Below are positions 56,572 to 63,823 of a DNA stretch of 63,823 bases, one piece after another; positions within the stretch are counted from its first letter, which is position 1, and every line of letters starts with the position of its first letter. The translations under genes were made by a program, and so were the position numbers. The DNA is from a virus (Duplodnaviria > Caudoviricetes). The DNA is taken from positions 1-63,823 of the IMG/VR virus record IMGVR_UViG_3300031720_000003. One strand, given 5' to 3'. Under the pieces are notes generated by a model that was not told the DNA's origin, did not search any database, and saw nothing but the letters and a program-made list of their open reading frames with translations.

Positions 56572-57126
56572 TCACACTTTCGTCCTCCCGAGCGCTCGGA
56601 GAGCTTCGCGCAGAGCTGGGGTGCCTGGGATCGAGGCACGAATTCGCGCCCCTTCGCCCGCCGTCACATCGACGTAGTCGGGAACGTTCTGGGCCGCGGT
56701 CACCAGCGTCAGCAGCGACGCGATGGTGTCCTCCAGTTCGTCGAGGATGCCGTCCTTCGGGGGCGGTCTGAACGTCTCCAGCAGCATGAACGGCCAGTCG
56801 CCAATCCGCTCGGTGGCGTCGTCGTCGATCTGCAGCGCAGGGCGCTGGCCGACACGTTCCAGCACCGACGCCTTCGTCATCGGATAGTCGGGCTTGCTCA
56901 GAAAGCGATGGATGGAGCCGTGCAAACCGCAGCGTTCCACAGCCTTCAACGCGTGCTCCGCGCCACCGGACGACCAAGCCACAACCTCAAAGCCCAACAA
57001 GGTCAACGTGTCGCAGAGCAGCACCATCCCCGGTCGCGAATGCTTCGGACCACTCTCGATCACGCCGTCAATGTCAAGGAGCACAACTCCACCGGCTCGT
57101 GCCTCGGCACGCTTCAACTTCTTCAC
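56572..57126 (-). CDS. HAD-superfamily hydrolase-like protein
   Basis: VVLLDIDGVI...WSSGG...SKP...IDDD. Confidence 0.65.
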   Translation of the reverse strand: MKKLKRAEARAGGVVLLDIDGVIESGPKHSRPGMVLLCDTLTLLGFEVVAWSSGGAEHALKAVERCGLHGSIHRFLSKPDYPMTKASVLERVGQRPALQIDDDATERIGDWPFMLLETFRPPPKDGILDELEDTIASLLTLVTAAQNVPDYVDVTAGEGARIRASIPGTPALREALRALGRTKV

Positions 57127-57323
57127 GCACCCCTCCACGAACGGTTGCCTTCCCACGCGATCGAACTTCTGACCTTGCGACAGGTGAAGCACACCTGGGT
57201 CAGCGTGTCCATGAACGTGCTGAGGATGGCCTGCTGCACATGCTTGCCTTCACAGTCGCGGATGCGGTCGTGGACTTGGTCAGGCGTCAACAGTTCGTAC
57301 TCGAACGTGATCGGCTCGCTCAT
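57123..57323 (-). CDS. hypothetical protein
   Basis: Translationally coupled ORF. Confidence 0.5.
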   Translation of the reverse strand: MSEPITFEYELLTPDQVHDRIRDCEGKHVQQAILSTFMDTLTQVCFTCRKVRSSIAWEGNRSWRGA

Positions 57324-57514
57324 GGGGCTGGCTGGGAGAGCACCGGGTTGCCGGTGATTCGCTCTAACTCGTGGCAGGGATGGCGGCACGGCGCGTCACA
57401 GAACTTGCACGTCTTGCGACACTCCGAACAGCGAAGGTGAATGCAGGCCGTGGACACGTAGTGCTCACCGCACACCATCTCCAGGGCATCGCGAGAGATC
57501 AACTCCTTGCTCAC
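57320..57514 (-). CDS. small Cys/His-rich protein
   Basis: HYVSTACIH..C..CRKTCKFCDAPCRHPCH. Confidence 0.6.
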   Translation of the reverse strand: MSKELISRDALEMVCGEHYVSTACIHLRCSECRKTCKFCDAPCRHPCHELERITGNPVLSQPAP

Positions 57515-57798
57515 GGATGCTCCTTGGGGGCTGGCTGGGAGAGCAGAGCGTCGATTCGCTTCACCAGATCGTAGTAGCCCGTGTTGTAGGCGGACGAGAA
57601 GTGCGGACGCGCCTCCGCCAACGCGGCCTCCAGTTCGCCCACACGCTTGTCACCACTAAGGATGGCTTTGCTGAACGCATCACAGGTGCGCTCTAGTTCG
57701 CGCACTCGAGCCCGAAGCCGGTCGAGTTCGTCGAGGCGCGCGAGGGTGCCGCTGCCGGGCGCAATTGCCGTACCCAGTGGACGCTCCCTCTCAGTCAT
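57511..57798 (-). CDS. coiled-coil hypothetical protein
   Basis: ELDRLRARVRELE. Confidence 0.5.
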   Translation of the reverse strand: MTERERPLGTAIAPGSGTLARLDELDRLRARVRELERTCDAFSKAILSGDKRVGELEAALAEARPHFSSAYNTGYYDLVKRIDALLSQPAPKEHP

Positions 57799-58060
57799 TG
57801 AAGCAGTCATGGCACAAGATGGTGGGCTTGGCTGTCGCTGCGTCAACCACCTCGAAGTCCCAATCGGCGTATGAACAGTCGAGCCGGGTGCATTTCGGGT
57901 AAACCCACCACGTCGGGTCTTCCTCCGTGATGTGTTGCACCACGCCCACGACATGAACCTGCCTCTCCGCGCGGGTGAGCCGCCGCCAGTCTGTGAAGTG
58001 CCCAGCGATGAGGAGGACGGATTGGCCAACGCGAATCGTCGGCTCCCTGGGCTCAGTCAC
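57791..58060 (-). CDS. hypothetical protein
   Basis: Translationally coupled ORF. Confidence 0.45.
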   Translation of the reverse strand: MTEPREPTIRVGQSVLLIAGHFTDWRRLTRAERQVHVVGVVQHITEEDPTWWVYPKCTRLDCSYADWDFEVVDAATAKPTILCHDCFND

Positions 58061-58545
58061 CGTTGAGCACCCCGCTGCCGCTGCGGCACGAAGCGGTCGG
58101 CCTCGTCGATTAGCAGGTGCAGCGGATCGTTGTGGCCGGCGTGGCCCTTCAGGCGGTAGAGGCGCTCGATGAAGTCGGTGGCGAACTGTCGCTCCGCCTC
58201 AGCCGACTCGAACAGCGAGAAGTCGACGACGTAGTAGCCGGGGTGCTCGACGACTATCTCGGCCAGCACGCGGCCTCCTGTGCGCTCGAGCGGCAGATCA
58301 CCGTGCTGACCACCAACAATGACGACTGGTAGGCCTGGTCGTACGCCATCCGCTGCGGCTCGCAGTCCCCACCATGCCCCCGTTGGGTCTAGCACCACGA
58401 AGGGCTGATGCGCAGCGACCAGTTCCTCCGCGATGACGGAGGCGGTGTAGGTCTTGCCGACCCGCCGCTGCGCGAGGATGCCGCACGTCTTCGTGACGAA
58501 GCCGAGATCGAGCGTGAGCGAGTCGGAGATGCGTAGATCGCTCAT
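58057..58545 (-). CDS. C-terminally truncated HerA/FtsK-family (DUF87) ATPase
   Basis: ILAQRRVGKT Walker A; VVLDPTG; LLIDEAD Walker B, with a stop 11 codons later. Confidence 0.7.
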   Translation of the reverse strand: MSDLRISDSLTLDLGFVTKTCGILAQRRVGKTYTASVIAEELVAAHQPFVVLDPTGAWWGLRAAADGVRPGLPVVIVGGQHGDLPLERTGGRVLAEIVVEHPGYYVVDFSLFESAEAERQFATDFIERLYRLKGHAGHNDPLHLLIDEADRFVPQRQRGAQR

Positions 58546-58934
58546 GCGCTTCTCCTCCACGCCGCCGGCATGGCAGGAGCTGCGACGTCACGACCACAAG
58601 GCCAGCCCTGCTGCTGCCACTTCCACACCTTCCCTTCGCAGGCCGCACATACGTCGGTGGCGCAGATGAACTCAGGGTCGTCGGTGAGGTGAGCGTAGTT
58701 GGAGCTGTTGCCGCAGGCGTAGTCGACGGCAAAGCCGGGACCGCCATGCGCAGCGCGGCCGTTGTGACGGATGACCACCTGCACGGTTCGGTGCCGCATC
58801 CAGCCTCGCTGTGCGACCGCAAAGGGCGGGAACCGCGACGCCAGAATTCCCCACGGAGGGCGCGGCGTCGAGAAGTGGCCTACGGCGAAGGGATCACGCC
58901 GCGGGGGAAACTCAGAGGCGGAGATCTTCAGCAT
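58542..58934 (-). CDS. hypothetical protein
   Basis: Translationally coupled ORF with a CxxC. Confidence 0.5.
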   Translation of the reverse strand: MLKISASEFPPRRDPFAVGHFSTPRPPWGILASRFPPFAVAQRGWMRHRTVQVVIRHNGRAAHGGPGFAVDYACGNSSNYAHLTDDPEFICATDVCAACEGKVWKWQQQGWPCGRDVAAPAMPAAWRRSA

Positions 58935-59455
58935 CACCGCACCGCCGTCGCCCTGATCCAAGGCCGTAGCGACGTCTGTGACGAGACAAACAGTGGATGC
59001 CGGGGCCAGCCCAATTGCGTCGTGCCGAGGCATTGCAGCGGCTTTCGGTGGAGGCTATTGAGCAGCCTACATACCAAAACGGCACGGTTCCACTGCAGGC
59101 GTCTCAGAGCGCCGAACGCCACGACAATCGAATCCGCGACAGCGGCGGCGGAGGCTATGGCAGCATCGTTTTCGTCACCGATGGGATTCGGTTCGGTCAG
59201 AAGCAGGGCCGGGCTTGGACTGCGCAGCGCAAAGAGATTGACTACCTCTAGCCGCTCAAAGCCCCACCGCTGCGAGAACCAGACGCAGCGTCGGATGGTC
59301 GGATCATCAATGTACGCAGATGCTGTTGACGGATTCAGCATCACCCACAGCACTGAGCCCATGCCGTCATCCCAGCTGCGGACAAGGCTGTACCGATACC
59401 GACCACATTCGGACAGGTGCGCTGCACGGTCCACGTATCCAGCCGCGACGCTCAC
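58934..59455 (-). CDS. DUF1643 protein
   Basis: CGRYRYSL...MLNPSTA...DDPTIRRC...NLFALRS...PRHPL. Confidence 0.9.
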   Translation of the reverse strand: MSVAAGYVDRAAHLSECGRYRYSLVRSWDDGMGSVLWVMLNPSTASAYIDDPTIRRCVWFSQRWGFERLEVVNLFALRSPSPALLLTEPNPIGDENDAAIASAAAVADSIVVAFGALRRLQWNRAVLVCRLLNSLHRKPLQCLGTTQLGWPRHPLFVSSQTSLRPWIRATAVR

Positions 59456-59892
59456 AGCCCAGCCTCCTCGACGAGCCTCTGCCACTCGTCGCCGTCCTTC
59501 AGCAGGCGTTCGAGCTCGCGGATCTGATCGACCGGCTCACCCGGTGTGAGGCGGATGTGTGGCCACTTCTGTTGTGCCCACTCGATGGCGCGACGCTGCA
59601 GGAATTGGCGCAGCTCGCCGTTCGGCTCAACGCCAGCCTGGTCGTGATGGGCGCGGCAGAGCGCCGCGATCTGCGAGCTGTGGCTGAGCAGTGGTTCACT
59701 GATGCGCGACCTGCTGCCCCAGACGTGATCGCCGTCCCGCGATGCAGTGCGGCACCGCACCCCATCCAACACGGCCTCGCAGCGGAAGCCAGCCCGCAGA
59801 TTTACCCTGGCCGCTTGGTCGCGGCGCCAGCGGTCGAAGCGGGCCGACACCTTGCCGCGCATGCTCATCGGCTTGGGGAGCGCGGGGCTCAC
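59452..59892 (-). CDS. HNH-like protein
   Basis: RCEA...DHVW...LCRAHH. Confidence 0.5.
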   Translation of the reverse strand: MSPALPKPMSMRGKVSARFDRWRRDQAARVNLRAGFRCEAVLDGVRCRTASRDGDHVWGSRSRISEPLLSHSSQIAALCRAHHDQAGVEPNGELRQFLQRRAIEWAQQKWPHIRLTPGEPVDQIRELERLLKDGDEWQRLVEEAGL

Positions 59893-60761
59893 ACGAGCAC
59901 CCCCTGTGACTGCGCTGGCATCTCATCCCACGTGCGGCCGTCGAGAACACGTCCTGCGGCGTGCTTGCCGTAGCGACGGACAAAGCCTCCGCCGTTTGGA
60001 TCGTCCGCTCCGCTCCAAGCCAGAAGTCGATCACGTGAGCTGTCCCACTCGAGCGGATCGACTGGACCCCACTCTCCCCATTGCTTGAGGAAATAGGGCA
60101 CTCCCGCGCGCTGACACTGGTCGCGGATGTCTCGCGCCCACGATGGATGCATGGGCCTCGCTCCCGGCCCACTCTCGCCACCGACGATTACCCAACCGAT
60201 GCCGTCGAGAGAGAGGTCCTCGAGCGGTGCCAGTAACGGCTCGCAGCTGAGGAACCGCACGGCTGCGGGCGTGCGCTGCAGATGTCGGATGCGCGAGTAA
60301 TAGGCCGGCGACTCCACACTGACGCCGAGCCAGACGTTCGGCAGATCGTACGTGAGGCCCGGCACCAGTCCCAGTTCGCATCCGGCGTCCACCTCTGCCG
60401 GGGTCGCCTGTCGCTCGCGACAGAGTCGCTCCATCCGCTCAGCGCGCTTCGTTAGCACCTGATATGTGTGCCGAGGCGTGCGTCGCATGACGGCAAACAC
60501 ATCGCGAAGGAAGGGCGCCGGCACCTTGGCGTGGAAGAGGTCGCTCATGGAGTTCACGAAGACCATTCGCGGCTTTCGCCAGCGCAGCGGAGCATCCAGC
60601 CGTTCAGGGTGCAGCACCACATGCTCGAAGCTCCCGCGACCGTGGAACCGCTCCGTGATGCGCTCGGCGTAGCAGTGGTCACAGCCCGGACTGACCTTCG
60701 TGCAGCCCGTGATCGGATTCCACGTCGCATCCGTCCATTCGATTGCGCTCGGGCCGCTCAT
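59889..60761 (-). CDS. DUF5131 (Gp37/Gp68) radical-SAM-like protein
   Basis: IEWTDATWNPITGCTKVSPGCDHCYA; FVNSMSDLFH; WVIVGGESG. Confidence 0.92.
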   Translation of the reverse strand: MSGPSAIEWTDATWNPITGCTKVSPGCDHCYAERITERFHGRGSFEHVVLHPERLDAPLRWRKPRMVFVNSMSDLFHAKVPAPFLRDVFAVMRRTPRHTYQVLTKRAERMERLCRERQATPAEVDAGCELGLVPGLTYDLPNVWLGVSVESPAYYSRIRHLQRTPAAVRFLSCEPLLAPLEDLSLDGIGWVIVGGESGPGARPMHPSWARDIRDQCQRAGVPYFLKQWGEWGPVDPLEWDSSRDRLLAWSGADDPNGGGFVRRYGKHAAGRVLDGRTWDEMPAQSQGVLV

Positions 60762-61330
60762 GCCGCTGCCTCCGGCAGTGCAGCGATCAGCGCGGCGTAG
60801 TGGCGGAACTCCGTGAGATGCAGGCGAGCGTCGGCGAGTGCGCGGTGCGGCTTGCTGCCGTCCAGCTCGGGCACCAAGTCCTTACGCTGCGCGTAGTCAC
60901 GAATCAGCCGGCGCACCGGTCCGACATCCATGCTGGGGTAGTCGAACATCGCCTCGACACGCGGCATGTGGGCCTTGAGCCAGCGCCGGTCGAAGTGCGC
61001 CACTCCGCTGCCGGCGAGACGTAGTGGCGGCTCGAACTGATCCAGGAAGGCGAACAGCTGCGTCTCGGCAACGCGGAGCGGGCAATGGCAGGCGTCGACG
61101 GCGATCGCCAGCCCGTTGGCCGCATGCATGGCCGTGACGGTGTCGTCCATCAGCGATCGCCAGTCCTGCCTGTAGAGCCGGATGATCCGCGTGAACTCGC
61201 CGAGCTCCACGAAGGGCGCGGCGGGATCCGTCACGACGACAGCGACCTCGAGGATCTCGCCGGTGCGCTCGTCGGCGCCGGTCGTTTCGAGATCCAAGAA
61301 AGCTAGGGGTGGTTCGCGGCGCTTGCTCAC
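60758..61330 (-). CDS. oligoribonuclease-like DEDDh exonuclease
   Basis: FLDLETTG...MHAANGL...LAGSGVAHFDRRWL...HRALAD. Confidence 0.85.
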   Translation of the reverse strand: MSKRREPPLAFLDLETTGADERTGEILEVAVVVTDPAAPFVELGEFTRIIRLYRQDWRSLMDDTVTAMHAANGLAIAVDACHCPLRVAETQLFAFLDQFEPPLRLAGSGVAHFDRRWLKAHMPRVEAMFDYPSMDVGPVRRLIRDYAQRKDLVPELDGSKPHRALADARLHLTEFRHYAALIAALPEAAA

Positions 61331-62661
61331 AGCACTGCTGCCATCTGACGTCCTGTCTGTGCGAGGCGGCGCTCAGCGAGCCTGACGTACGCCGGGTTCA
61401 GCTCGATGCCGATGTAGTCGCGGTCCAACCCCTTCGCCACGGCGAGGGTCGTACCGCTGCCAGCGAAGGGATCGAGCACCGTGCAGGGCACTGGCGAGCA
61501 GCTCGTGTGGGCGCATGTCGGCTCCCAGCCGGAGGTTGTCGCAGCGCGGTTGACGCGCGGCATCGCTGCGCCGTCCCAGCCATTACTGCCCGTGGCGTAA
61601 TGGCGCCCGACCACTGAGCTATCGCCGTGAACTGGACTCTTGACGTACTCGACACTCACCATCCGGCGCCATGGCGCTCCACAGTCAGCGCACGCCCCGC
61701 GCTCTGATGTGCCGGCGAGGATGCAGGGCTCTACCAACGCCTCCGGGAACGTCGCGAAGTGCGCGCCCGGATAGGGCTGCGTGGCGATCGTCCAGACACT
61801 GCGCTTGTTGCGCGTTAGCGGCGCGGTGCCGTTAGCCTCTGAGGCGTCCCAGTTCTGGTTCAGGTCATGCAGGCGGTCACCCGGCTTGGTGTCGGGCCGC
61901 GTGACGTTCTTGTGGTTGGCGTACCGGCCGATCCGGTCGCCGTTGTCACCGCCGGGTCCGGTGTTCCAGCCAGACGGCAGTCGCTCTTCAGAGCGGCGCG
62001 TGAAGCCCTGGCCATAGGGCGAGTGCTGAGGACCGTTGGGCCCCACGTACTGCGCCGGCTCACGAATAGCCTCCGCATCGTAGAAATAGCGCTCACTGCG
62101 GCTGAGCAGGAACACATACTCATGTGCCTTGGTGGGCCGGTCCGTGACGCTCTCGGGCATCGGATTGGGCTTCGACCACACGATGTCACTGCGCAGCCAC
62201 CACCCATCCGCGCGCAGCGCGAAGGCCAGCAACCACGGCAGCCCGACCAGATCCTTGGGCTTGAGTCCCGCGACGATGGTGTTGAACGGCTTGTCCCGGA
62301 AGGTGCGGTCGTCCTCATCGTGCGGATGCGCATAGGTCTTGGCGCTGCCTATTCGCCGGCGCGCCTGTCCTCCATCATGCAATCCAGTGTTGCCAACGTT
62401 GCCGTTGGGCTGCGTGGCATAGCAGTCGCCCATGTTGAGCCAGAGCGTCCCGTCCTTCCGGAGGACGCGCCGGATCTCGCTGAAGATCTCAACGATCTTC
62501 TCGACATACGCTTCCGGTGTCGGCTCGAGGCCCAGCTGACCGGGTGTGCCGTAATCGCGCAATCCCCAGTACGGTGGGGACGTCACGCAACACTGCACGC
62601 TCTGATCCGTGAGCGTTCGAAGGACGTCGAGGGCGTCACCGCAGTGGAGTTCGCTACTCAC
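61327..62661 (-). CDS. N4-C/N6-A DNA methyltransferase (beta class)
   Basis: CCVTSPPYW...HFATFP...VLDPFAGSGTT; its own GTG at 62661. Confidence 0.9.
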   Translation of the reverse strand: MSSELHCGDALDVLRTLTDQSVQCCVTSPPYWGLRDYGTPGQLGLEPTPEAYVEKIVEIFSEIRRVLRKDGTLWLNMGDCYATQPNGNVGNTGLHDGGQARRRIGSAKTYAHPHDEDDRTFRDKPFNTIVAGLKPKDLVGLPWLLAFALRADGWWLRSDIVWSKPNPMPESVTDRPTKAHEYVFLLSRSERYFYDAEAIREPAQYVGPNGPQHSPYGQGFTRRSEERLPSGWNTGPGGDNGDRIGRYANHKNVTRPDTKPGDRLHDLNQNWDASEANGTAPLTRNKRSVWTIATQPYPGAHFATFPEALVEPCILAGTSERGACADCGAPWRRMVSVEYVKSPVHGDSSVVGRHYATGSNGWDGAAMPRVNRAATTSGWEPTCAHTSCSPVPCTVLDPFAGSGTTLAVAKGLDRDYIGIELNPAYVRLAERRLAQTGRQMAAVL

Positions 62662-63099
62662 GTAGCAACTGCCTTGATGAGCAAGTGGTAGCCGCGCTGG
62701 CTGACGCCGGCAAATCGGTAGCCAGCCACCTTGAAGCAGTAGCCGGGGTTCGGGCTCTGCACGCGTCGCGGATCGACGTACGTGTAGAACTGTGAGACCC
62801 CCCCCCCAACGCTCTAGCGCATGCTGCTCGGCCTCGAGGATGATGTCCGAGCTGAGCCGCTCACTCTCGTTGCGGAAGATGGTGCAACTGACGCCGGGCA
62901 CCGCGTGGTGCTGCGGATAGAGCCAGCCAAACACCACTGATCCGGCGAGATCGCGCAACACCAGCGTCCGACCGTTGCCCATGAACTCCCGTGCGCCGGG
63001 CGTCTGCCTGCTGTAGTGGCGATCGGCGAGCAGGCGCGATTCAGCGTCCGTCCGCTTCACAGCGACGAGGTTGTCTGGCGCGCTCAGCGGTAGCAGCAT
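62658..63099 (-). pseudogene. Mom-like DNA-modification protein, frameshifted at a G10 tract (62798-62807)
   Basis: HYSRQTPG...CTIFRNE...SSDIILEA, then FYTYVDP...NPGYCFKVAGY in a shifted frame. Confidence 0.7.
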
Positions 63100-63823
63100 C
63101 TACGCCGCGGCCTTCTTCGCCGTGCGCTTCGGCTTAGCTGGCTCGATACGGTTGCCTTCGATGTCGACTTCGTAGCAGGGCGCACAGACGCGCGGCGCCT
63201 TGACCTTGTCGGGGAACTGGGCGTCCCATCCGTGTGCGGCGATCTCGCTCACCTTCACCGGGCAGGCCACGATGTGCTTGAAGTCCGGGTTCCAGCGGTG
63301 CGCCATCCAGGGCTGCGGGAAGAAGTGCAGCCCGCCACCGCACTCCGCCTTCCCGCCATCCCAATCGGCAGCACTCGGTGTGGTGCCGGGCTTGTACGAC
63401 ATGCCATACGCGCTCTTCCACTGCGCGTCGACTGCCTTGTACAGGACCGCCACGCCACGCTTCACCTCGACGCCCTGCGCGTCGCACCAGGCCTTACCGG
63501 TGTTGATGTCGGGCGGCCGGATCTCGATGCCGCCCGTCACGGACACCTTGGCCCCGAGGATCGTCACCGCGACATACGCGGTGGCGATCACCTTGACGGC
63601 GTGCCGCGCAATGACTTGCGCGGCGCCGGAGGCCGTCACCGTGCTGCTGCCGGAGGCCGTCACCGTGCTGCTGCCGGAGGCCCTCACCGTGCTGCTGCCG
63701 GAGGCCGTCACCGTGCTGCTGTCGTAGGCCGTCACCGTGCTGCTGCCGGAGGCCCTCACCGTGCTGCTGCCGGAGGCCGTCACCGTGCTGCTGTCGTAGG
63801 CCGTCACCGTGCTGCTGTCGAAG
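63100..63823 (-). CDS. C-terminal part of the 8-aa-repeat protein (DUF7666-like domain)
   Basis: SSTVTA repeats, then LYKAVD...ECGGGLHF...KVKAP. Confidence 0.8.
   Translation of the reverse strand, partial: FDSSTVTAYDSSTVTASGSSTVRASGSSTVTAYDSSTVTASGSSTVRASGSSTVTASGSSTVTASGAAQVIARHAVKVIATAYVAVTILGAKVSVTGGIEIRPPDINTGKAWCDAQGVEVKRGVAVLYKAVDAQWKSAYGMSYKPGTTPSAADWDGGKAECGGGLHFFPQPWMAHRWNPDFKHIVACPVKVSEIAAHGWDAQFPDKVKAPRVCAPCYEVDIEGNRIEPAKPKRTAKKAAA
63627..63823. repeat. 24-bp tandem repeat, right copy
   Basis: About 8 units, the same unit as at 1-256. Confidence 0.95.

Noticed and set aside
61327-63099. A single 590-aa methyltransferase as the native gene
   Set aside because: Conserved Mom-like motifs continue in another frame after the G tract, and the MTase has its own coupled GTG start.

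Overview
This window is a near-complete, circularly permuted genome of a high-GC temperate tailed phage, probably siphovirus-like. Both contig ends fall inside the same 24-bp tandem-repeat gene, and an uninterrupted attP (3' end of tRNA-Gly) follows a tyrosine integrase. Modules: early/recombination genes (minus strand, 56.5-63.8 kb wrapping to 1-3.1 kb); XRE regulator and integrase; replication initiator with internal iterons plus RusA (5-10 kb, plus strand); a long minus-strand morphogenesis region (10-44.5 kb) with terminase, portal, protease, capsid, tail and tape measure; and a second structural/accessory block (47-56 kb). The most striking locus is a plus-strand cassette inside the tail genes (14.4-16.1 kb). 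It has its own promoter, a RAMP/Cas7-like gene, a partner gene, and a non-coding ~470-nt array in which almost every fifth base is G, split into 8 units by GGCA phase slips and closed by a hairpin. It is a candidate non-CRISPR RNA-guided system. Other notable observations: an in-frame amber codon flanked by Gly codons inside the terminase Walker A (possible stop-hop recoding), a G10 tract that frameshifts a Mom-like gene into a DNA methyltransferase, a glycosylation cassette beside the capsid gene, an Acb2/Tad1-like anti-defence gene, and antisense HNH cassettes, one flanked by two alternative C-termini of the neighbouring gene. All family calls come from motif recognition by eye; no searches were run.
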